From: Eledone cirrhosa
Lineage: Eukaryota
Length of the DNA: 64,000 bases
Direction of reading: 5' to 3'
Assembly (NCBI GenBank): GCA_964016885.1
Contig: OZ024747.1
Location: 80,724,001-80,788,000, forward strand
The stretch's first letter is position 1, and every line of letters begins with the position of its first letter. The notes beneath the pieces were generated by a model. That model worked only from the letters and a program-made list of their open reading frames with translations. It made no database searches and was not told where the DNA came from. Of the stretch, positions 25,586 through 37,771 are shown piece by piece. Made by a program: the position numbers and the translations under genes.

Positions 25586-26572
25586 CGGTACGATGTGGTT
25601 TATGTGACCTTGAGCTGTTCCACATTTTAAGTTCAAAGTATAAGTTACTCAACAATAAAATCGAAAAATCAATTATTGTAACCATAGAAAAGTTTTCGCA
25701 CTACAAGTACAAATCGAACCCTTAACCTCTTACTACCACCTGACAAACTGCATATACTTAGACTTTCTACCCTTTTATTGAATCTAACCCCTTTAATTAC
25801 CCACAATAACCAATACCTATGTCCCTCCCTCCTCCTTCATTCCTTTTCTCTTTTTTCGTTTTCTTCTTTTCTTTTATCCCTTTTTTGCTATCTTTTCTTT
25901 TCTTTTCTTTACTTTTTTCTCCCCCCCTCCTTCTTTATTTTTATCTATATATATATTTATCTCTCTATCTCCCCCTCTCTCTCTCTCTATCCCTCCCACT
26001 ATAAACAATTTAATTCTCTTTAACTCCCTACACTGTAAATTGACGACATCAAGTCTACGAATCAAAACTGATCGAGGAATCGTTCCACCTTTACCCCTCC
26101 CTCCATCTCCGTTTGTCACTCTACTTCCTAATTCTCCGCCCCTTCTCCTCTCTCTCTATACTACTCCGTTTGTCCCTCTACTTCCTAATTCTTCTCCCCC
26201 TTCCTCTCTCTCTATACTAGTAAATACAATTTCAAAAAAATGTTTTTTTATATATTAAGAAGCTTTTACGAGTAACTTATTTATTATTTTGAAAATTTGG
26301 AGGTGAACAACAATTATTATTGAGTGGCTGCTATTTGCAGTATAGCAATATAAGGTTGCACTTAACAATGAAACGGTCGTAAATACCTGGACAAAACCCT
26401 TTTTTTAATGCTTACCTCTGTTTTCTCTTGTATTCATTATACTCCAAGATTGAACGGGATTCTTACAAACTTGTTGAGTTACCCCTAACCGTACGTTGAG
26501 ACCGTCCATGAAACTGGCTATCTTAACCACGAACTGGATTACAATAAGCAATTTTCTGCTTCCCTAACTATG
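25586..26572 (+). pseudogene. Old relative of the 1-4133 PLE: endonuclease C-terminus, pyrimidine-rich 3' UTR, decayed pLTR and 5' leader
   Basis: Translates RCGLCDLELFHILSSKYKLLNNKIEKS versus YCRLCNLELFYILKSKNKLLNDRIERS. GAAACGGTC remnant near 26371. GAGTTACCCCTAACCGTACGT matches the leader GAGTAACCTCTTACCGTACGT. Ends at (TA)n. Confidence 0.8.
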
Positions 26573-26574
26573 CA

Positions 26575-26627
<53 letters not shown>

Positions 26628-26828
26628 TTAGTTATACTATTTATGGTTATGTAAACACAAAACCTTAAGCAGTTGTAAGTATTTTACACACACCCTAAAT
26701 AGTGGTAGGCAGTAATGTATTACTACCTTATTACCAGTAAGTTAAGTAGCTCAATGTAAAAACATCAGATGATTTACAGAGCAGTTATATGAAATATAAG
26801 AATCAAAGAACTGTTCAAAACATTATTG

Positions 26829-26875
26829 TGCTTACAGCTGTTTCCTCCAAACCGAGGTTTGGATTCTTCGGAGCA
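26829..26875 (-). ncRNA. Type I hammerhead, U4C variant, inside a PLE-like remnant (26787-27497)
   Basis: TGCT-CCGAAGA-A-TCCAAACC-TC-GGTTTGGA-G-GAAA-CAGCTG-TA-AGCA. A 23 bp inverted repeat lies at 26787-26810 / 27475-27497. Confidence 0.78.
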
Positions 26876-27486
26876 ATTTATTAATGCATAGACAGTTATA
26901 TGACCTCCTTTTCAGCCGAGAGACATACCAATACATATTCAAACATTGATACATATTCAAACATTGTGGGTCAACATTCATTACAAAATTTAGAGTGGCA
27001 GTACACACTTCGAGATTACATTTATATTAATAGGTACAATCAAAAATCAAAGATATAGGTTAAAGTACAACATGAAGATAAGTGGTTATATGGTGCAAAT
27101 GTTATATGTGTGGCACGCATGTGCGTCTTGTTTATATAGTGTGGCAGAGAGATATGTGTGGTAGAGGCACTTAGGTAGGTAAATAAGAGTGTTAGGTTGG
27201 TAGATCTGGTGGCAAAGTCTTTATATGATTGATGTAGTCTGTGTGTGGAGAAATATTATAAGTATTAAAGATAGTGCAAGCATTAAAAGTGTTATAAGTA
27301 TTGGAGATGCACAACGCAGGGATGTCAAGTAATTCATGTACTTCGGCATTTTCATGGTCAAGGGAGTGTATATTTCGATTATATGCCTTTCACATAATCC
27401 ACGACAATCCAGTTAGAGATCGTAGTCTGGTGTTCTTTAGTTCGATACAGGAGGTTGTTACGTTTCGAGAGACGTCTTTGATTCTT

Positions 27487-27557
<71 letters not shown>

Positions 27558-27852
27558 ATATAAACAAATAACGAAACGAAATTAAATTTCGTTTCGTTTG
27601 TAACTCACTTTTGTATGACTGACGCTTAAACAATTAAGTTAAAAATGTACATCCACATGTGTATACTGAAATACTAGTATGCATATGAATACACACACGT
27701 ATAAATATGTAGATGTACCGAGTTTTTCACTGGTCACTTTACTGTGAGTGTCCAGCTATTCTGTATGTAAACACACAGACAAACCGGTTTTTAGAGTCAT
27801 ACTAGTTTTTGAGGAAACACCTTTCCTCTATTCTCCAGAAAGCCAGACAAGG

Positions 27853-27897
27853 AATATTGAACTAGTTTCGTTGTTGTTACAACTCATCAGCAATATT
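27853..27897 (-). ncRNA. Type I hammerhead ribozyme
   Basis: AATATTG-CTGATGA-GTTGT-AACA-ACAAC-GAAA-CTAG-TT-CAATATT. Confidence 0.92.
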
Positions 27898-27947
27898 TAC
27901 CTATCTTCCGGCCTTTCTAGAGAATCGTAAAAGCACATATCGTTATA

Positions 27948-27991
27948 TGCTTTTTCTATGAAAATTAGTAGTGGGCAGACTAATTTGCATA
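27948..27991 (-). promoter_or_regulatory. Octamer plus PSE-like element upstream of the hammerhead
   Basis: TATGCAAATTAG TCTGCCCACTA CTAATTTTCATAGAAAAAGCA. Confidence 0.55.
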
Positions 27992-28273
27992 GAGCGTGAG
28001 TACGTACCGGTTCAGCGGAGACGATAAAAACAAATAACGAAACGAAATTAAATTTCGTTGTCTGGCTTTCTGGAGAATAGAGGAAAGGTGTTTCCTCAAA
28101 AACCAGTATGACTCTAAAAACCGGTTTGTCTGTGTGTTTACATACAGAATAGCTGGACACTCACAGTAAAGTGACCAGTGAAAAACTCGGTACATCTACA
28201 TATGTATACGTGTGTGTATTCATATGCATACTAGTATTTCAGTATACATATGTGGATGTACATTTTTAACTTA

Positions 28274-28358
<85 letters not shown>

Positions 28359-29144
28359 GCATATATATATATATGTATATATATATATATTTATATAGAT
28401 AGATAGATAGATGCTTAACTATATGTGTATGGCACGCATATGTAAGGTTGTGCGTGCGTGTGTATGTAATGTGTGTGCCGGTGTCAACGTCAGTATGTAT
28501 GACTGTACAAATTGGAAGTAACTTCTTGAAGCATGTCGTGTTGAAAATATAACTAATAATTGTTAAAACTTTTCCGTTAACCTTTGCTCTATTTTATGTC
28601 TTTGGTTTATGTAAAGCCTCAGCTTTTCATGTTTTACACGCTACATTTTATTTTTTTTATTGAAGAAACGATTTGTCGTTCCATATAATATAGCTTCGAG
28701 AAACGTCTCGAACATATCTTTAATTTTATGTATATTTTGAGATTTGTTTCTAAGATTCAGCTATTAATAGCAGCGGATAATCTCACCTATAGAGAGTCAA
28801 CGGGCCGAACACTACAGCTGAGTCCTTGCAACGGTATTAAACTAGATAATGACCTCTGATACATGATAGTCGAGTAGAGTAGAACTTTTACATCAGAACA
28901 TTTAGTCAATGTACATTTAAATGAGGAAAGCAAACGCAAACATACTAATTTAAACAACTGAAGAATAAACACCACCCCTGTCCCCTTTGGTGCCTATAAT
29001 GGATAGACATATTGTCTTTAATGCGTTGAAATGTCAGAGAACCCCAGCAGACAACTGAAGAAGGGACATATCCCTTGTTTGTCGTTTCTTTTTATTTTTA
29101 AGTACCCTTTATCAAGTAACCAGACAGTCCCTTGTTCCTTCTAA

Positions 29145-29179
<35 letters not shown>

Positions 29180-29217
29180 ATTAAATAAATGGAAAACTAT
29201 ATTTATAAAACCATATC

Positions 29218-29283
29218 TATTTCATTATATATATTTCGGGGATATCATATTAACAATATGCTATGCCTTCATCAGACAAAATA
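29218..29283 (-). ncRNA. Type I hammerhead, left arm
   Basis: Reverse complement of 32460-32525. Confidence 0.85.
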
Positions 29284-29643
29284 CAATATAAACAGTTTTA
29301 TAGATAAATATATTCGACATACCGTAATAAACATCAACTTCATTTGAAGAGGTTTACGCTAGCAGTGAAAATACAGAGAGAAAGAAAGAGAGAAAGAAAA
29401 GAGGGAAAAAAGAAAGAAAGAAAGACAAAACGAAGAGAAGGAAGAAAAAGAAGAAAAAGAAAAAGAAGAAATGCATGGAACAAAATAGAGAGATGGAAAA
29501 ATAGATAAAGCGAAGAGCTTCATGTAAAGAGACAGAAAGAGATATATATATATAGAGAGAGAGGAAATAGAGATAGATACATATATATATATAGAAAATT
29601 AGGTAGTGGGAGGTCATTTTGAGTAAGTGTATCAATGATACAT

Positions 29644-29682
<39 letters not shown>

Positions 29683-32040
29683 GCTCAAGTATTAATGTAA
29701 GGAAGATATATAGAGAGATATAGAGAGATATAGAGAGAGAAAAAAAAAAAAAAATTTAAAATAGCCAGACATATTCGAGGCGTAGAAAACCCTATGTTTT
29801 AATGTATTAGTATTTATAAAACTTACACTATATTGTAAATATCAGTATTCCTGAATGAAACAAGTATTCACAATGTGTGAAAATTCATTATCTTATGTTT
29901 AGTTTTAAAAAATTCATATGTTTATGTGACAGCTACAAACATCAATGTGAATCCAACTGATTCACTCCGCAAACTCTAAGTTACCGGAAAACATTCTCAA
30001 TGTGGTATAAAAATTTGAGCATATTATTATTCTTGCGATTACTCTACAAGATTATCTATCAAGCAGAAATAGAGAGCAGATTTCAATATACTAATCGAAA
30101 ATATATATTATATTATAAACAAAGATAACAATAATAATAATAAGTAAAAATATATAAAAATATAGAATAGAAAACTAAAAAAAAAAATATTACGAAAGAA
30201 TATTACATAATAAAAATATTGCATATTAAAAATACTACGTATTAAAAAATATTACGTATTAAAAATTTACATATAAAAATATTAAAAATAAAATAAAAAA
30301 TAAAAATATTATAGAATACTACAATACTAAAAGAATAAAAATAAAAATAAAAATAAAAATAAAAATGAAAATAAAATAAAAATAAACCACAAAGAACAAC
30401 CCTTCAAAGTTAATTGACAATATATTGCCAAGTTCATTGCAAGACAAAGCCAAAAATTATCTATCAAATCACATCTAGCAAAGAATATCGCAAAAAAGAT
30501 TATGATGTCCAATAATGTCTACATATGTTCCTATATTTAATATAGAAGTTTATCTAGTGTAAGGTTAATTCAAAAAATTTGGAGCATCGGCTTTTAGGGT
30601 AGCTTAATTTTTCATGAGGAATGTTTAGATAAAAATAAAAATAAATTAAATAAATTAAACAATAAAAAGAGTAAAAAGAGGGAATCAAAGATTTAGGAAT
30701 CTTCAACGGCACTATCAGGGGTACTCTGGCAACTTAAGCTAGATAACGTTAGATATTCGACGGCTTGGAATATAGTCTCAAGAGGGATTCCTTTTAATTC
30801 ATCCTCTGAGACATGTGACCTCTGCGCAGAGGAGATATTCTTTATACTAAAATCTAAAAATTCCCTTAACCTACGGACAAATTTATTCAGTTGTTGCAAA
30901 CATAGATTAAACTCAACGTTTAAATATAAATTTAAATTTAAAATGTAGTATATTTAGTTTGATTTATATTTATATGAGAACTAGCCGATAAATCTTTTGA
31001 TTCCTAAATCTTTGATTCCCTCTTTTTACTCTTTTTATTGTTTAATTTATTTTATTTATTTTTATTTTTATTTTTTATCTAAACATTCCTCATGAAAAAT
31101 TAAGCTACCCTAAAAGCCGATGCTCCAAATTTTTTGAATTAACCTTACACTAGATAAACTTCTATATTAAATATAGGAACATATGTAGACATTATTGGAC
31201 ATCATAATCTTTTTTGCGATATTCTTTGCTAGATGTGATTTGATAGATAATTTTTGGCTTTGTCTTGTAATGAACTTGGCAATATATTGTCAATTAATTT
31301 TGAAGGGTTGTTCTTTGTGGTTTATTTTTATTTTATTTTCATTTTTATTTTTATTTTTATTTTTATTTTTATTTTTATTCTTTTAGTATTGTAGTATTCT
31401 ATAATATTTTTATTTTTTATTTTATTTTTAATATTTTTATATGTAAATTTTTAATACGTAATATTTTTTAATACGTAGTATTTTTAATATGCAATATTTT
31501 TATTATGTAATATTCTTTCGTAATATTTTTTTTTTTTTAGTTTTCTATTCTATATTTTTATATATTTTTACTTATTATTATTATTATTGTTATCTTTGTT
31601 TATAATATAATATATATTTTCGATTAGTATATTGAAATCTGCTCTCTATTTCTGCTTGATAGATAATCTTGTAGAGTAATCGCAAGAATAATAATATGCT
31701 CAAATTTTTATACCACATTGAGAATGTTTTCCGGTAACCTAGAGTTTGCGGAGTGAATCAGTTGGATTCACATTGATGTTTGTAGCTGTCACATAAACAT
31801 ATGAATTTTTTAAAACTAAACATAAGATAATGAATTTTTACACATTGTGAATACTTGTTTCATTCAGGAATACTGATATTTACAATATAGTGTAAGTTTT
31901 ATAAATACTAATACATTAAAACATAGGGTTTTCTACGCCTCGAATATGTCTGGCTATTTTAAATTTTTTTTTTTTTTTTTTTTCTCTCTCTATATCTCTC
32001 TATATCTCTCTATATATCTCCCTTACATTAATACTTGAGC

Positions 32041-32099
<59 letters not shown>

Positions 32100-32459
32100 A
32101 TGTATCATTGATACACTTACTCAAAATGACCTCCCACTACCTAATTTTCTATATATATATATGTATCTATCTCTATTTCCTCTCTCTCTATATAAATATA
32201 TCTCTTTCTGTCTCTTTACATGAAGCTCTTCGCTTTATCTATTTTTCCATCTCTCTATTTTGTTCCATGCATTTCTTCTTTTTCTTTTTCTTCTTTTTCT
32301 TCCTTCTCTTCGTTTTGTCTTTCTTTCTTTCTTTTTTCCCTCTTTTCTTTCTCTCTTTCTTTCTCTCTGTATTTTCACTGCTAGCGTAAACCTCTTCAAA
32401 TGAAGTTGATGTTTATTACGGTATGTCGAATATATTTATCTATAAAACTGTTTATATTG

Positions 32460-32525
32460 TATTTTGTCTGATGAAGGCATAGCATATTGTTAATATGATA
32501 TCCCCGAAATATATATAATGAAATA
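32460..32525 (+). ncRNA. Type I hammerhead, right arm
   Basis: TATTTTGT-CTGATGA-AGGCATAGCATATTGTTAATATGATATCCCC-GAAA-TATATA-TA-ATGAAATA. Confidence 0.85.
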
Positions 32526-32660
32526 GATATGGTTTTATAAATATAGTTTTCCATTTATTTAATATTTAATATTGTAAATATACTCCAAATATTTGTCGAG
32601 TGCTTTTATATCAGTTATAAATATTTACTAGTTGTAACCCAACAATTTTAAATATAACTT

Positions 32661-32709
<49 letters not shown>

Positions 32710-32714
<5 letters not shown>

Positions 32715-33063
32715 CGTAAAACATACCAAAAATTGTGCATCTAATAACTGCATGTATAACCGCATGTACAGATACAAAGAATATGCACATGCACACATAT
32801 AACTCAAAACCTCCACATCCACACACACAATAACATCCATACGTCCACACATAGATATGCATGCAGACATGGATATATATTTACATAGTTGATGATGTGC
32901 CAATTTCAATGAGGGAGTTTTGTATCTATGTTAGAAACCGATTTTCTCTCTCTTGGTAAACATTTATAAAATTATAAAACTAGAAGAACATACATACATA
33001 CATTCATATACTCTTTTACCAGTCCCAGCCATCCGGCTGAGGCCATGCTGGGGCACTGCCCTT

Positions 33064-33150
<87 letters not shown>

Positions 33151-33847
33151 ACTAGAAATTGATTAACATATATAAACATGAATAATCACAGGAGATAATT
33201 TTTACATACCAAGTTAGGTAACACATAAATAGATACCTTTTAATATATGATTAACCTTCCCTGTATATATTCTATTAAAGAAATATATTTCACCAATTAA
33301 TCAGATGGTAAGTCACGGAAAGTGGATATTATTGGATTATCAACAAGGAAGAATAATAATGTCCAGCTATCCATGCTTACACCGCGAGTTTAAATCTTCA
33401 ACTGGCCTGTACCACGTGTTGCTCTTACACATGACAGCAGTCTCGTCGCAGTGGCGTGATAGGTATTCGACAACTAGAAACAGCAGTCAAATTCCTTTCA
33501 ACAGAATTAGCTCTACAATTAAGGAGCCGTATTTATATATCTATATCCAAAATTAAGATAAATTAAATGAATTTAATCCAAATCGAAATTGTGGGTGTCA
33601 TGCCATAACGGCGTGCGCCATATCGCCTGGAAATAAGCTCAAAGATAGGTCCGAGCATTTTATAATAGCTAGAAATTGATTAACATATATAAACATGAAT
33701 AATCACAGGAGATAATTTTTACAAGCGTGTAACCACGCATAGCAAGTTAGGTAACAAATAAATAGATACCTTTTAATATATGATTAACCTTATATATATA
33801 TGTATGTATATATATAAATCTACATTGTTGAGGCTTCCAAAACGACC

Positions 33848-33895
<48 letters not shown>

Positions 33896-34248
33896 CAAGG
33901 GCAGTGCCCCAGCATGGCCTCAGCCGGATGGCTGGAACAGGTAAAAGAGTATATGAATGTATGTATGTATGTTCTTCTGGTTTTATAATTTTATAAATGT
34001 TTACCAAGAGAGAGAGAATCGGTTTCTAACATAGATACAAAACTCCCTCATTGAAATTGGCACATCATCAACTATGTAAATATATATCCATGTCTGCATG
34101 CATATCTATGTGTGGAGGTATGGATGGTATTGTGTTTGTGGATGTGTATGTCTTGAGTTATATGTGTGCATGTGCATCTCCTTTGTATCTGTACATGTGT
34201 ACATGCAGTTATTAGATGCACATGTTTTGGTATGTTTTATGTATGTAT
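32710..34248. repeat. Inverted repeat, ~355 bp arms (32710-33066 / 33894-34248)
   Basis: Colinear reverse complements with scattered mismatches; a short related piece is near 57655-57693. Confidence 0.88.
33152..33791. mobile_element. 518 bp monomer x1.2 inserted in (TA)n within the inverted-repeat spacer
   Basis: Direct repeat starting at 33152 and 33670; internal long hairpins. Confidence 0.65.
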
Positions 34249-34647
34249 GTCACGTTTTTACTTCATAAATAAAATGCTCATTTAGTTCTTAGACTCTATA
34301 ATATATATCTGAAAATATGCAAGGGTTACTTCCAGTTGTCCACTTTATAATAGCAAGAATGCAAATAAGGTTTAAAAAGCAGTAGTAAATATTTGATAAG
34401 TTAGGCTGTATTAATGACAATATATATATACGGTAAAACATAGCTATATATCTTCATTCCGTGTCGAATGACAGTTTTTCTGGCGTATGAATGTATGATG
34501 AGGAATATCTTCGTGTACATATTTACACCATAGTACAATCAAATATTAATTACCACTGCATGATGTTAAGAAGTATCAAGATCTTCCGCAATCTTCGCCT
34601 GTTTATATTTATCTTACGAAAATGACGTCATTGCGTAGATATATGTG

Positions 34648-34728
<81 letters not shown>

Positions 34729-34739
34729 ATACACGCACG

Positions 34740-34809
<70 letters not shown>

Positions 34810-34813
34810 TATA

Positions 34814-34861
<48 letters not shown>

Positions 34862-35608
34862 TATTTAAATATATATGTCTGTGTGTGCACAATACAGAAG
34901 TTGCGTTTCGCCAATTTCTACCCGCCGAAATGCGACTCTCGCTAAATTTATATTTTTATTAATCTCCCAAGTCAAGCGATTAACCAGTTAATTTTCTTTG
35001 GCTTTTTAGTTAACTCTATTGACTGATTAATCGCTTAAGTTTATTTTAAAAACAACTCGGTCGAGAGCTAAATTCATTTTGTGCTGGTTTGCAAATTTTT
35101 GCAATAGCTACACATGCTGAATTCACTGGCCAAAATAGGGGTTTCCTCCCCTTAGAACCTCACATGTCCTTTCATAACCTGTGAGATATATATATATATA
35201 TATATATATATTAGTGAAAAAGGGGATAGACAGCGAGCTCAAGCGGTTTCGGCTAGTAACTTCTTTCTAGAAAGAGCTCAGGTTACCACTCGGATCTGTA
35301 GTCTTGCCGGTGTTCGTACGGCAAACGGGCACAGAGAGAGAAAGAGAGAGATGGAGGGAGGGAGGGTGGGAGAGTGTGAGGTGCTGAGACCCACAAGACC
35401 ACTAATCATGCGAGTACTCATAGGGCATGGGGAGATGCAAAGTGGGTTTAGAAATATGTAAAATCTAGACGGTGGTCCCAAGCGGTTTCGGTTTGTGACA
35501 CACATGCCGCAACCGCTGGGCGCCGCAGTCGGGATCCTCTCTTTCTCTCTCACTATTTGTCTTTCTCTCTTAACAAGACAATATCGGCATTGGCACTTTT
35601 AATGTTTC

Positions 35609-35677
<69 letters not shown>

Positions 35678-35713
35678 CATTTCATTTCATTTCATTTGAG
35701 TTTGAGTCCATGC

Positions 35714-37771
35714 TCAGGCCAAGTCGAAGACTCCACCCTCAGAGTCTGGTGTGGTTGCCAGGTTGGATTCTCTGTTTAATTTTGACATGTGTAGGAGCGA
35801 GTTTGAGTCAGTTTGTGCTCGTTGTGTATATCCTGGGAGATGGGGTTCATCTCTAATGGTGCTTAAGTATCTATCCAGCTGCAATTTGAATGATTCCACA
35901 CTGCATCCTGATAGATTTCTGACATGTACCGGAATGGAGTTGAATAGTTGTGTCCCTCTAACCAACAGACTTGACTCTCGCAGGGTTTTTGCTGCCTGGC
36001 CAGCCCTTTTGTTGATTGGTGGTAGCTGGCAGCGTCTTCCGTGGCGCAGTGAGTGGTAGGTTTTGATACCGAAGTTTGGCACCTTTTGCTCTATCATTTT
36101 CCAAATGTATATAATTCGGTATCGCTCAAATCTTCTTTCTATTGAGTACATCTTCAAGGTTCTGAGTCTTTGCCAATAGTCCAGGTCCCTCGTTTCTGAG
36201 AAGTATGAAGTAAAATTTCTTTGGAGCGATTCCATCTTAGATAGTTGGCCCTTTGTTGTTGGTGACCACAACTGAGAACAGTAGTCAATCCTCGGAAGTA
36301 TCATACTGTTCCAGAGGGTTTTCATTGTTGAGGTATCTCTTGATTTGAAGGTGCGCAAGATCCACCCGCTGTACTTTCTTGCAGTAAGACAGACTGAGTC
36401 AAGGTGTTCTCTGAATTTTAGGCTGGTTCCCATGTGGATGCCTAAATCTTTCACACACTGTTTTTCCATTATTTGTTGTCCTGATGGGTTTCTGTAGTTT
36501 GTTGTATTTTTCAGATCTTGATCTGTTCCGTAGCGAATTAGTTCAAACTTCTTATCATTGAACAACATGTTGTTTGTTTCCTGCCATTTGTATATGGTGG
36601 TTAGGTCCTTTTGTAAGGCCTCTGTATCCACCTCGTCTTTGATTTGTCTCATGACCCTGGTGTCATCAGCAAAGGATGAGACGTTGCTGGTTGTATCTTC
36701 ATCTATGTCAGAGATGAGGATGAGAAACAGGATCGGGACGAGTACTGTACCCTGAGGAACACTGCTGGTCACAGGTGATGGTGTTGAATGGGTTCCATTC
36801 ACAGTGACTGTTTGAGTTCTATTTGTAAGGAACTCATGTATCCATGTACCAACTTTTCCTCCTACTCCTAGCTTTCGAAGTTTGTGTCCCAGGATGCCAT
36901 GATCTACCTTGTCAAATGCCTTGGCAAAGTCGAGGTAAATAACATCTGTGTTGTATCCATTCTCTAGATTTTCTAGGATTTGGTCATGGTGTGCCAGTAG
37001 TTGGGAAAGACATGATCTACCTAACCTGAATCCATGCTGATTGCAATTCATCAGATTGTTGGATTCCAGGAACTCAACTAGTTTTCCACGAACTATTCTT
37101 TCGAAGACCTTGATAATGTGTGATGTCAGTGAGATTGGTCGGTAGTTCTTTGGTTTTGATTTGCTGTCCCCTTTATGTATTGGAGTTATGTGTGCTTCTT
37201 TATATGTATTTGGTATTTTGCCATTCTCCATAGATTCCTTCCATATCATGTAAAGGGGTTTCAACAATTGTACCTTGCAGTTTTTAAGTATCATGGCATT
37301 GAAACCATCAGGCCCCGCAGCCGAGTGCATGGAGAGCTTGTCTATGGCTCTTTCTATGTCTTCTGGGTTGAAATCAATGTCGGATAGGGTAGGTTTAGTA
37401 TGGTCGATATCCTTGAAGAATTCTCCTGGGTCATGGATCTTCATGGTTTTAGATGGCTCACTGAAGACACTTTCATACTGTTGACCCAACATTTCTGCCA
37501 TTTCAATAGGGTTATTCACTACATCCCCATTTTGTCTCTGGAGAGGTCCTATTGTTGACTTGGTATTCGAGTATTTCTTTGCAAAACTGTAGAAACATTT
37601 TGGATTTTTCTTGATGTTTTCTATGGCTCTCTTTTCTGCATTGTTACGTTCTTCATCATAGTATTGTTTTAGATTGTCTTCTAATCTGTATATTTGGTCA
37701 AGGACTTTCTGTAGTTCATGTTTTGATGTCAGCTTAGATGTTTTGTTTCTTAGTCTTGACCTTTTGCGCAT
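35714..37771 (-). CDS. LINE ORF2 reverse transcriptase region
   Basis: AAGPDG, NYRPISLTS, QHGFRLGRSC, YLDFAKAFDKVDH, VPQGTVL, FADD, KDLGI motifs. Confidence 0.95.
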   Translation of the reverse strand: MRKRSRLRNKTSKLTSKHELQKVLDQIYRLEDNLKQYYDEERNNAEKRAIENIKKNPKCFYSFAKKYSNTKSTIGPLQRQNGDVVNNPIEMAEMLGQQYESVFSEPSKTMKIHDPGEFFKDIDHTKPTLSDIDFNPEDIERAIDKLSMHSAAGPDGFNAMILKNCKVQLLKPLYMIWKESMENGKIPNTYKEAHITPIHKGDSKSKPKNYRPISLTSHIIKVFERIVRGKLVEFLESNNLMNCNQHGFRLGRSCLSQLLAHHDQILENLENGYNTDVIYLDFAKAFDKVDHGILGHKLRKLGVGGKVGTWIHEFLTNRTQTVTVNGTHSTPSPVTSSVPQGTVLVPILFLILISDIDEDTTSNVSSFADDTRVMRQIKDEVDTEALQKDLTTIYKWQETNNMLFNDKKFELIRYGTDQDLKNTTNYRNPSGQQIMEKQCVKDLGIHMGTSLKFREHLDSVCLTARKYSGWILRTFKSRDTSTMKTLWNSMILPRIDYCSQLWSPTTKGQLSKMESLQRNFTSYFSETRDLDYWQRLRTLKMYSIERRFERYRIIYIWKMIEQKVPNFGIKTYHSLRHGRRCQLPPINKRAGQAAKTLRESSLLVRGTQLFNSIPVHVRNLSGCSVESFKLQLDRYLSTIRDEPHLPGYTQRAQTDSNSLLHMSKLNRESNLATTPDSEGGVFDLA

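Larger units (their letters stand above)
27562..28278 (-). mobile_element. Retrozyme-like element, 466 bp monomer plus 220 bp inverted copy
   Basis: 32 bp direct repeat at 27562 and 28028; 27631-27850 inverted at 28058-28278; (TA)n on both sides. Confidence 0.85.
29177..32566. mobile_element. 3.4 kb fold-back, non-coding PLE-type element
   Basis: Near-identical inverted arms 29177-30701 and 30999-32566 with a 297 bp spacer. Each outer end has a pyrimidine tract followed by a hammerhead. Confidence 0.88.

Noticed and set aside
30693-30899. 68 aa ORF in the fold-back spacer
   Set aside because: TTG start, no recognisable motif; cannot be supported without a search.
35470-35492. Twister ribozyme suggested by GGTCCCAAGC
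   Set aside because: The UAA cleavage segment and pseudoknot partners could not be found.
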